From Archaeoglobus fulgidus DSM 4304 (GTDB taxonomy: Archaea; Halobacteriota; Archaeoglobi; Archaeoglobales; Archaeoglobaceae), in NCBI RefSeq assembly GCF_000008665.1, contig NC_000917.1, positions 660,001 to 692,000 of the forward strand: DNA of 32,000 nucleotides, given 5' to 3'. Of this stretch, positions 8,267 through 16,463 are shown piece by piece (within the stretch, counting starts at the first letter, position 1; the number at the start of each line of letters is the position of its first letter). The notes beneath the pieces are model-generated. The model was given only the letters and a program-made list of their open reading frames with translations, searched no databases and was not told where the DNA came from. The translations under genes were made by a program, and so were the position numbers.

Positions 8267-9865
8267 ATGAATGTTTGCATTGCTGGTGCCGCTGGAGATG
8301 GAGTAAGAGGGGCTGGGACTATTCTCGGAAGGATTTTCTCTGAGCTTGGCTACCACGTTTTCGTGTATCAGGAATATCAGTCTCTGATCAGGGGTGGGCA
8401 CAACGCCAGCGTGGTGAGAGCATCGCTGAAAGAAATTAACTCCTACAGCTATCACTACGACGCCCTAATCTGCCTTCGGGATTACGTATTTGAGAAACAC
8501 GCCGATAGGCTGAGAGGGTTGCTGATTAGCGATTCTTCCCTTAACCTAAATTATGACCCAAAGCTGGAGTTTCCGATTGCCGAAACGGTAAAGGAGCTTG
8601 GCCTGCCCGACATTTCGAGAAACATTGCGGCCATTGCCATTTTCTGCAGGTCGGTGGGGGTTGAGAGGGGCGTTGTTGAGGAAGTAATCAAGGAGGAGCT
8701 TGGGAAGAGGGGTGAGGAAAACCTCAGAATTGTTGGGAAGGTTTATGAGAGCCTTGACCTTTCTGCTGAAGTTGGGCGTGTTGAGCGGGTTGGTGAGAAA
8801 AAGGAGCTCGTTTCCGGTGCGAGGGCAATTGCCGAAGGGATGCTGGCAGCCGGACTGAAGTTTTACTACGCCTACCCCATGACGCCCGCCTCGCCAATAC
8901 TCCACATTCTGGCCGCAGACAGCAGGTGTGTAGCTCTGCAACCCGAAAACGAGATTGCCGCAATAATGATGGCCATAGGGAGCGCCTTTGGCGGGGAGAG
9001 GGCTGCAGTGGGGACGAGCGGTGGTGGGTTTGCGCTGATGAGCGAGAGCATAAGCCTTGCAGGGATGGCTGAGGTGCCCGTTCTGATCATTCTCGCCCAG
9101 AGGAGCGGGCCATCCACGGGAATGGCGACCTACACCGCTCAGCAGGACCTTTACTTTGCCCTTAACCCAGCGCACGGCGAGTTTCCGCTTATAGTTGCAT
9201 CACCCATAACCATCGAGGACTCCTACAGGCTTGCGGGTGAGCTTCTGAATCTGGCATGGCAGTTCCAGACACCAGCAATACTTCTGACGGAGAAGCACAT
9301 CACGGAAAGCCTTGCAACAGCGAAGCTCGAAGGGGTGGTTAAGAGGGAAGTAGAGATTTTCAGAGAAAAGGGGGAGCTTTTCAAGAGGTACGCGATAACG
9401 GAGAGCGGTATTTCCCCCTACGCTGCCCCTCCGGCCATATTCAAGGCAAACAGCAACGAGCACGATGAATACGGCTTTGCAACCGATGATGCGGAAACCG
9501 CAACAAAGATGTACGCGAAAAGGATGAGGAAGGAGGAGGAAATAAGGAGGGTCGTAGCGAATCTCAACCCCTACGTGGTGGTAAAAAACGGGAAGGACTG
9601 GATTGTTACGTGGGGCAGCAATTTTGGAGCTGTGAAGGAGGTTGCTGAGGAGCTTGGATTCAGCGTGGCGGCGATCAGGTACATGAGACCCCTCTTCCTG
9701 CCGAAAATTAGCGGGAATGTTTTCTGCGTGGAGTGCAACTACACGGGACTGCTCGCAAGGCTGATCGAGGCTGAGGGGGTTGAGGTTAAAAGAATCCTCA
9801 GGTGGGATGGAAGGCCGTTTACGCCTGAAGAGGTCAGAGAGGAGGTGGAGAAATGGTCAGGATAA
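8267..9865 (+). CDS. 2-oxoacid:ferredoxin oxidoreductase, fused gamma-alpha subunit
   Basis: An N-terminal gamma-type domain (IAGAAGDGVRGAGTILG...GGHN) is followed by an alpha domain (YAYPMTPASPI, GTSGGGFALM). Confidence 0.85.
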   Translation: MNVCIAGAAGDGVRGAGTILGRIFSELGYHVFVYQEYQSLIRGGHNASVVRASLKEINSYSYHYDALICLRDYVFEKHADRLRGLLISDSSLNLNYDPKLEFPIAETVKELGLPDISRNIAAIAIFCRSVGVERGVVEEVIKEELGKRGEENLRIVGKVYESLDLSAEVGRVERVGEKKELVSGARAIAEGMLAAGLKFYYAYPMTPASPILHILAADSRCVALQPENEIAAIMMAIGSAFGGERAAVGTSGGGFALMSESISLAGMAEVPVLIILAQRSGPSTGMATYTAQQDLYFALNPAHGEFPLIVASPITIEDSYRLAGELLNLAWQFQTPAILLTEKHITESLATAKLEGVVKREVEIFREKGELFKRYAITESGISPYAAPPAIFKANSNEHDEYGFATDDAETATKMYAKRMRKEEEIRRVVANLNPYVVVKNGKDWIVTWGSNFGAVKEVAEELGFSVAAIRYMRPLFLPKISGNVFCVECNYTGLLARLIEAEGVEVKRILRWDGRPFTPEEVREEVEKWSG

Positions 9866-10590
9866 CCTGGTGTCCCGGATGCGGGAACTTCGCGATTCTC
9901 AAAGCCTTTGAGAGGGCAAGCAGGAGAGTAATCGAGGAGGGCTTTGACATTGCGGTCTCGTCTGGCATAGGGTGCCATGGAAAGATTTCAGACTACCTAA
10001 GTCTGCCGGGTTTCCACGTCATTCACGGCAGGGTTCCTCCTTTCCTCACCGGCCTGAAGCTTGCAAACCCCAATCTGGTGGTTGTTGGATTCTCAGGAGA
10101 TGGAGACGGGCTTAACGAGGGTGTGGAGCACCTCGTCCATGCGGCGAGAAGAAACACCGACATTACAATAATCCTTCACAACAACGGCGTTTTCGGGCTC
10201 ACAACCGGGCAGGTTACGGCAACCTCCCCCAGAGGCAGGAAAAGCAGGTCAACTCCCCGCGGAAATCCGGAGTATCCTCTAAACCCGTGCCATCTCATGC
10301 TCGTCAGCGGGGCCACGTTTGTCGCGAGGGTCTTTGCAGGGGAGCAGGAGAGGCTGTCGGAAGTTTTTTACAATGCAATGAAGCACAAAGGCTTCTCGTT
10401 TGTTGAGGTTATGCAGCCGTGCGTGAGCTTCAACAACTTCTGGGAAATGAGGAAGGAAATTTACTGGATTGAGAGGAGCAGCGACCTTCTCGAAGCCATG
10501 AAAAACTGCTCGGACGCAAAGGCCTGCGGAATTTTCTACGCTGAGGAGAAGGAAACTTACGAGGATGCGGTATGGAAGTCTACGTTTTGA
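9853..10590 (+). CDS. 2-oxoacid:ferredoxin oxidoreductase, beta (TPP-binding) subunit
   Basis: WCPGCGNF cluster ligands and the TPP motif GDGDG...NN are present. It overlaps the alpha gene by 13 nt. Confidence 0.85.
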   Translation: MVRITWCPGCGNFAILKAFERASRRVIEEGFDIAVSSGIGCHGKISDYLSLPGFHVIHGRVPPFLTGLKLANPNLVVVGFSGDGDGLNEGVEHLVHAARRNTDITIILHNNGVFGLTTGQVTATSPRGRKSRSTPRGNPEYPLNPCHLMLVSGATFVARVFAGEQERLSEVFYNAMKHKGFSFVEVMQPCVSFNNFWEMRKEIYWIERSSDLLEAMKNCSDAKACGIFYAEEKETYEDAVWKSTF

Positions 10591-11078
10591 GGCTGGGGCA
10601 CAGGCCGGAAAGGGACAAGCGGATCTCGACTCACGTTGCTCTGACAGCGAGAGCCTTCGGGGCTAAGGGAATATACTTCGATACTGAGGACAAATCCGTT
10701 TTTGAGAGTGTCAGAGACGTTGTGGAGAGGTGGGGAGGGGACTTCTTCATCAAGGCAGTGAGCTGGAAAAAGCTTCTAAGGGAGTTTGACGGGCTTAAGG
10801 TTCACTTGACGATGTACGGCATTCCCCTGCCTCAAAAGCTTGAAGAGATCAAGAGGGCTGATAAGGTTCTCGTGGTTGTTGGGGCGGAGAAGGTTCCGCC
10901 GGAGGTTTACGAGCTTTGCGACCTGAACATCTCAATCGGCACTCAGCCGCACAGCGAGGTTGCAGCACTTGCAGTGTTTCTCGACAGGGTTCTGGGCAAA
11001 GTCTTCGACATCAGCTTTGATGACGCAAAGATTAAGGTGATTCCGAGCGAGAGGGGAAAGAGAGTCGTTTCAGAGTAG
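10572..11078 (+). CDS. tRNA (cytidine56-2'-O)-methyltransferase aTrm56 (SPOUT)
   Basis: The N-terminal signature [27 protein letters not shown] is characteristic of the Trm56 family. It overlaps the beta subunit gene by 19 nt. Confidence 0.85.
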   Translation: MEVYVLRLGHRPERDKRISTHVALTARAFGAKGIYFDTEDKSVFESVRDVVERWGGDFFIKAVSWKKLLREFDGLKVHLTMYGIPLPQKLEEIKRADKVLVVVGAEKVPPEVYELCDLNISIGTQPHSEVAALAVFLDRVLGKVFDISFDDAKIKVIPSERGKRVVSE

Positions 11079-11339
11079 CTCTATCTCGATCTCGTCCTTT
11101 GTTGCCTCAATCCTTCTCAGCCTTTTGGCAATCTCGAACCTCAGCCTGTCCGGCACCCTTTCGTCGGCACTTTTCAGACCAACTTTGTCGAGGATGAAGC
11201 TGAATAGGAGGTTGCTGTTGTAGAAGAGCAGAGCCGAAAAGCCAAGGTCGAGGTAAAGCCTGAAGTTCTGCTCACCCATCATCAAATCGTATCCCCTTTC
11301 CCTCAGCCACTCCTCGAAGTCAGCAATCGATAGCTTCAC
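11070..11339 (-). CDS. Hypothetical protein (89 aa)
   Basis: The ORF has a GTG start, and a minus-strand TTTTAAAG box at 11361-11367 lies about 25 nt upstream. No family recognised. Confidence 0.5.
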   Translation of the reverse strand: MKLSIADFEEWLRERGYDLMMGEQNFRLYLDLGFSALLFYNSNLLFSFILDKVGLKSADERVPDRLRFEIAKRLRRIEATKDEIEIELL

Positions 11340-11373
11340 GAATGCTTGTGGTGAGGGAGCTTTAAAAGCTTTG

Positions 11374-12840
11374 TCAGATTGCCCTGTAAACGCTGAAGTT
11401 CATGCAGGAGACGTCGGTGAGGGGCTCTCTGAACGCAAGGAACGCTGGAATCCTTTGCAACTCTGGTGTGGTCCAGAAGGTCCAGCATCTGACGACCATG
11501 GTCTCCACGAACTCCAGATTTGTCTTGTCCAGCCTCATGTCGTTGGTCGCGTTGACCACGATGTAATTTCCAGAGATGAAGCTTCTCCCCTCAACACCCG
11601 TCGTTATGAAGTAAGCCCTGTGGTCCCTGAGGTACCATGCAAGGGGCCAGTACTCTCCAACACTCGTGAAAACGTAAACCGTCTCATTTTTCGTTTTCTC
11701 CGCGAACTCTCTGACGTCGTACTGGGTTGGGAGGTAAAGGGCAGGCTCTGCAGGATTAACCGGGTTGATGTGGTTAACATGGATAGAACCGTAGGCTGAG
11801 AAGAGAATGCAAAGTGCGGCGAGCGCGGAAATCTTTTTTCCATCCAAATCAAGCCTGCTCAATCCGATTCCCGTGAGGAGATACATGGGGAAGAGGATGT
11901 GGACGTCGAGCCACGGAACCTTTTCCTGCATGTAGGAGAAGAAAATCAGACTGCTGAGGAACCAGTAGGCCGCAAAAGCCTCGAAGTTCGTTCTTTTCTT
12001 GATTATAACATACACCGCAAATGCTGCAGCCAGAAAGGCCGGCAAATCGTAGAGAAGGATGAGTTCGAGGTAGTAGTACCACGGTCCGGCAATTCTCGCT
12101 ATATCGTGCTGGTACTTCCAGTAGCTCACAGCTTTCACGGCCGGAAACTCTGAGAAGTTCGTCAGAGGGGTGGTGTAAGTGAAGAAATTGGTGTAAAAGG
12201 CCGAGTATATGGCGAAAAAAACCGCAATTGAAACTGCCAGATCGGAGAGCCTGAATTTTTTGACGTCAAAAATGAAGTACAGCAGGAAGATTGCCGCTAT
12301 TGGATAAAAGGTCTCCTTCAGCGTGGCGAAAAGAGCGAGGAAGGTAAAGGCCGCTACCAGCAGCAGCGTGTCCCTGTCCAGCTTGAAGTCTGTTAGCCTC
12401 TTCTCCCTTTCAAGGTACCTGAAAATGAAGTAAACGAAGAGGGCGGTGAAGAGAAGCTGGAAGATGTCCGCCCTGCAGAACCTCGAGTAGTTCACGATTA
12501 CCGCCGAAATCGTCACAAGAGTTGAGGCTATCAGCGCTGCCTTACTCCCAAGAAACCTTCTGTAGAGGAGGGGTGTAAGAGCCACAACCACGCCGGTAAT
12601 GGCGGGAAGGATGCGCAACGAAAACTCGCTTTCCCCCAGCAGCTTAACAGGAGCGTAGAGGATGTAGTAAAGCAAAGGGCCATGATAGGCGGGGTCGTAC
12701 CTGTAGGTTCCCTGAAAGAGGGATTTCAGAATCGTAGCGTGAATGCTCTCGTCGAAGAATAAGGGTGGGAGGGAGAGGTTGTAAAGCCTTATCAGAGATG
12801 CTATGATGAGCAGGACGATGACCGGGAGAGTTCTCCTCAT
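11374..12840 (-). CDS. Polytopic GT-C type glycosyltransferase (PMT/ArnT family 39-like)
   Basis: There are more than 10 predicted TM helices. The first-loop acidic motif FFDESIH matches the GT-C DE motif. A soluble C-terminal domain follows. Confidence 0.7.
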   Translation of the reverse strand: MRRTLPVIVLLIIASLIRLYNLSLPPLFFDESIHATILKSLFQGTYRYDPAYHGPLLYYILYAPVKLLGESEFSLRILPAITGVVVALTPLLYRRFLGSKAALIASTLVTISAVIVNYSRFCRADIFQLLFTALFVYFIFRYLEREKRLTDFKLDRDTLLLVAAFTFLALFATLKETFYPIAAIFLLYFIFDVKKFRLSDLAVSIAVFFAIYSAFYTNFFTYTTPLTNFSEFPAVKAVSYWKYQHDIARIAGPWYYYLELILLYDLPAFLAAAFAVYVIIKKRTNFEAFAAYWFLSSLIFFSYMQEKVPWLDVHILFPMYLLTGIGLSRLDLDGKKISALAALCILFSAYGSIHVNHINPVNPAEPALYLPTQYDVREFAEKTKNETVYVFTSVGEYWPLAWYLRDHRAYFITTGVEGRSFISGNYIVVNATNDMRLDKTNLEFVETMVVRCWTFWTTPELQRIPAFLAFREPLTDVSCMNFSVYRAI

Positions 12841-13087
12841 GAACGAAGGAGTTCAGGCCGATTTATATTTATTTTTTCGAGGTGGGTAAAGCTTCGTGTG
12901 GAAACAATTTTTAAATGAGCTAAGAAACTGCTTAATACCTAAAATCAACTTTAAAAAGTCTCCTCAATCACTTTTGTTCGGCAGGCGTATTTCAAAGCCT
13001 CCTTTACCCACAGTTACGAACAACTGAATGTCACATAACCCAAATCAATGTTCCCAGTTCCCTGCCCTTTACACTCCAATATGGCCG

Positions 13088-14227
13088 CTAACTACTACTT
13101 CGAAGCTTTCTCTTTGAAATTTCCTCCCTCACTGTCCTTACAAACTCCTGAACCTCCTTTGACTCCGTATCGTATATTCTCCAGCTCTTTGCCACCTTTT
13201 TCTTCTCAAGACTATCTTTTCCTACGAACTCGTAAAAAACACTGCTCCTGTAGAGGTAAAGTCCGACAGCACCGAGACCGAGCAGGAAAGCGGGAACTCC
13301 TATGCCAAGAACTCCCAGAGCTATAACCGCTCCCCCAACTGCAAGCAGCCTGACATCTCTTCCGGTAGAGAGGGTCAATCCGTCGATTTCGGAGTATGAC
13401 AGCTCTGCAAAATCCTCACCCTTTGTCGTTGCCCTGTACCTCAGAATTCTCGCGTTGGTTGCGTAAAACTCGTACCCCGTTAAGCTGTCCTTGCAATGCG
13501 ATAAAATCTCCTCCTCGGGAGAGAGGTAGTACCTGATTCCGCTTTTCACCTCCACCTCGTCGGAAGTAAGCTTCTCTATCAGCCTCTTCACCTCGCTGAC
13601 CTTCTGAGCCTTCTTCTTGAGGTAGTCCTCCACGTAGTCCTTTACCTCTCTGGAATGCTCGAGCAGAGCGTCGAAACCCTTCTTAGTGAGCTTAAAACCA
13701 TCCGATTTCTCCAGATAGCCATCCATTTCAAGTTTTTCAAGAAGTCTGTCCAGCTCGCTGGCCGAGATAGGAAGGAGAGTTTTGATATCAACGGAATGGC
13801 TCACACCTTCGGATATAAGGTAAAGGATTACTATCTCTGTCTTGCCCAGCTCAACAGGCTCAGCATTGCGCTCCTCCTCAAGCCTCTGCAGAAACAGCTT
13901 TGCTTCTCCAACCTTTCCTAATACATCCTCTTCGGAAATAAGCCTCTCAATTTCCTCTCTCGCGTCATCGTCCGAAGCGAGCGTTTCAATGTGCTTCCTC
14001 ACCTCGCTGACCATCTTCACGACCTCTTCATCCATTAAAACCTCAAAACCCCTCTTTGTCAGCTTGAGACCGTTTGAGTTTACCAGGTAACCCTCCTGCT
14101 CAAGATTTCTAATTATGCCCTCAACCTCGCTGTCCGAGATGGGAAGGACCGTCTTAAGCTCTTCAACACTACCTATACCTTCAGAAATCATGTAAAGCGT
14201 TACCGCCTCAGTTTTGCCAATCATCAT
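13088..14227 (-). CDS. Membrane-anchored protein with two tandem winged-helix-like modules and a C-terminal PH-like region
   Basis: An internal duplication is evident (residues 4-64 and 128-188: GKTE.V.LY.ISEG...KT.LPIS.SE...LE..GYL...G.KLTK.GF). A 32-residue hydrophobic segment follows (LLAVGGAVIALGVLGIGVPAFLLGLGAVGLYLY). A TATA box lies about 24 nt upstream of ATG 14227. Confidence 0.7.
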   Translation of the reverse strand: MMIGKTEAVTLYMISEGIGSVEELKTVLPISDSEVEGIIRNLEQEGYLVNSNGLKLTKRGFEVLMDEEVVKMVSEVRKHIETLASDDDAREEIERLISEEDVLGKVGEAKLFLQRLEEERNAEPVELGKTEIVILYLISEGVSHSVDIKTLLPISASELDRLLEKLEMDGYLEKSDGFKLTKKGFDALLEHSREVKDYVEDYLKKKAQKVSEVKRLIEKLTSDEVEVKSGIRYYLSPEEEILSHCKDSLTGYEFYATNARILRYRATTKGEDFAELSYSEIDGLTLSTGRDVRLLAVGGAVIALGVLGIGVPAFLLGLGAVGLYLYRSSVFYEFVGKDSLEKKKVAKSWRIYDTESKEVQEFVRTVREEISKRKLRSSS

Positions 14228-14292
14228 TAAAACTGCACTTCATACTTAAAAAATTTATTGACCAATCTCATAAAAATTATGATAACAATAAG

Positions 14293-16257
14293 TTACTCCT
14301 CACCATACACAGCAGCGTACACAAGCTCAGTGACGTCCATCACCGCCATCTGCTTGTCAGCTCCAACAGCCTTCACGCCATCCTCAAGCATTATCATGCA
14401 GAAGGGGCAGGCAACTGCCAGAATTTCCGCACCGGTTTCAGCAGCCTCCCTTGCCCTTATGTTGTTTGGCCTGTCCTCGCCCGGATACTCTCTAACCAAG
14501 TTTCCTCCACCACCGCCACAGCAGAAGCTCCTGTTCCTGTTCCTCGGCATCTCAACCAGCTCAACGCCCGGAATGGCTTTCAGAATCTCTCTTGGCAGCT
14601 CGTACATTCCGTTGTATCTGCCGAGGTAGCAGGGGTCGTGGAAGGTCACCCTCTTCTTCACCTCGTGCTTCAGCTGAAGTTTCCCCGACTTTATCGCATC
14701 GTAGATAATTTCGAGGATGAACTTGGCCTCGATACCTTCATACTCGTTCTTGAAGGTGTTGTAGCAGTGCGGGGAGGTTGCGAAGAGTCTCTCAACGCCG
14801 TACTTCTCGAAGGTCTGGTAGTTTTCCTCTCTAAGCAGCTGGAATAGCCCTTCCTCTCCAACCCTCCTTACGTCATTTCCGCAGCACCCCTCCTCCCTGC
14901 CGAGGATGGCGTAGTTGATGCCGATGTCCGAGAGCAGCCTGGCAAGCTTTATCGCAACCTGCTGGTTCCTGCTGTCGAAGCTGTGGCCGCAGCCCACAAA
15001 CCACAGCCACTCGAACTCCGGATTGTTTTTGACAGTCAGCACCTCCACATCGCTCTTCTTCACCCACTGATCCCTCTTGAACTTCGCCTCTCCCCACGGG
15101 TTCTTCTGCTTCTGCACGTTCGTCAGGAAGTCCCTTATATCTGGCGGTGTTTCAGCGCTCTCAACCAATCCCCTCCTCATCTCCCCGATTATCTCCATCT
15201 GCTCTATGTAAACCGGACACATCTCCATGCATGCCCTGCAAGTTGTGCACGCCCAAACTGCTTCCTCATCCAGAACATTGCCAACGAGCTCGAAATCACC
15301 GAGGTTGCCGGTAATGTCGGATTTCTGGTTGAGGCTCCTCCTGAGGTTCTGCATCAGGTACATGGGCGAGAGAGTTGTTCCGGAGTTAAACGCCGGACAG
15401 TTGTCCTGACACCTCCCGCAGCGCATGCATGCAAGGCTCGAAAGCAGGTCCCTCCACTGCAAATCTCTTGCACTTACAGCACCCATGTACTCCTCATCGC
15501 TAACTTCCCTTGCCCCAACTCTGTTCGTTTTCGTCAAAATATTGAGTGGTGCAGCTATGGCATGAAGGAGCTTCGTGTAGGGGACAAGGGCGATCAAAGT
15601 CAGGGCAAAGATGGAGTGGGCCACCCATACCGCCCTGTAAGCAGAGACATCAAAGGGCAGGGTTGAGGCGATTAATCCCCCAATAAAGGCGGTGTATGCG
15701 GGATAGCCCGACGCAATTCTCAATGCCTCTATTGCGAATCCGAGGAGGGCAACAATTAACAGCCCAAAAAGCACTCCGCCGTCATCATTGGCATATGGCC
15801 ACTTCTTTGCGAACCTTGTGGGTTTGACAATGTAGCGGTTCACGATTGCTATTAAAAGTCCTGTGAGAAACGCTAAGCCGGCAATGTCCATCAGGGCCTC
15901 ATGGATGAGGTAGAAGGTGCCCCTGAAAAAGTCCGACGTCACGTGGTCGGCAATTGTAAGAACCGCCGTACCGACGGTAAGGATGGCTACCCCCCAAAGA
16001 ATCAGCACATGCATCAAACCCATCTTGGCCTCACGCAGAAACAGGCGCACGAAGAAAACCGAGTCCTTCAAAGCTGTGATAATTCTTGCAGGAAGGTTAT
16101 CAAACCTGTTCTCATCGTTCCTGCCAGCTTTAATTATTCTGTACAGCCTGAAAAGGCCGAACAGGAAAACTATTCCAGCTACTATAAAGTAAAGGTAGTG
16201 AACCGTGACATGAAGCTCCTCAACACCCCAAAGAAGTTCTCTTGTCGGTTCGACCAT
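14293..16257 (-). CDS. Fused membrane cytochrome b-like (NarI/DsrM/HdrE-type) plus HdrD/DsrK-type Fe-S CCG-domain oxidoreductase
   Basis: The N-terminal ~260 aa carry about 5-6 TM helices. Two ferredoxin motifs follow (CMRCGRCQDNCP, CTTCRACMEMCP). Two CCG-type Cys-rich regions are also present (GCGH...GCCGN and PCYLGR...FCCGGGGG). Confidence 0.85.
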   Translation of the reverse strand: MVEPTRELLWGVEELHVTVHYLYFIVAGIVFLFGLFRLYRIIKAGRNDENRFDNLPARIITALKDSVFFVRLFLREAKMGLMHVLILWGVAILTVGTAVLTIADHVTSDFFRGTFYLIHEALMDIAGLAFLTGLLIAIVNRYIVKPTRFAKKWPYANDDGGVLFGLLIVALLGFAIEALRIASGYPAYTAFIGGLIASTLPFDVSAYRAVWVAHSIFALTLIALVPYTKLLHAIAAPLNILTKTNRVGAREVSDEEYMGAVSARDLQWRDLLSSLACMRCGRCQDNCPAFNSGTTLSPMYLMQNLRRSLNQKSDITGNLGDFELVGNVLDEEAVWACTTCRACMEMCPVYIEQMEIIGEMRRGLVESAETPPDIRDFLTNVQKQKNPWGEAKFKRDQWVKKSDVEVLTVKNNPEFEWLWFVGCGHSFDSRNQQVAIKLARLLSDIGINYAILGREEGCCGNDVRRVGEEGLFQLLREENYQTFEKYGVERLFATSPHCYNTFKNEYEGIEAKFILEIIYDAIKSGKLQLKHEVKKRVTFHDPCYLGRYNGMYELPREILKAIPGVELVEMPRNRNRSFCCGGGGGNLVREYPGEDRPNNIRAREAAETGAEILAVACPFCMIMLEDGVKAVGADKQMAVMDVTELVYAAVYGEE

Positions 16258-16463
16258 TTCACCACCCCCTTTCGTTTTTTTGGAAGAAATCGGAGTGATA
16301 TTTTAAATTTTTGTGTATGAAAGATTTCGCTGTATTCGAAATACGTGTAATTATTTTGAACTCAACGGAGCTAGAATCGAGTTAAAGATGAGTCTGAATT
16401 GAGTACGAATAGGTTTTGAAAAAATTTCGAAAACGTTATTACCTTCCCATCATTGACTTTGCT

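Noticed and set aside
8546-9978. Several minus-strand ORFs (209, 79, 81, 87 and 79 aa)
   Set aside because: They run antisense to the oxidoreductase alpha subunit and lack motifs.
11371-12153. Plus-strand ORFs of 142 and 84 aa and minus-strand alternative-frame ORFs of 82 and 77 aa
   Set aside because: They lie inside the polytopic glycosyltransferase gene, whose continuous TM-helix pattern supports the 488-aa frame.
14983-15666. 227-aa plus-strand ORF, plus smaller ORFs at 14258-14629, 14638-14847 and 15901-16320
   Set aside because: They run antisense to the Fe-S/CCG oxidoreductase, whose Cys motifs define the real frame.
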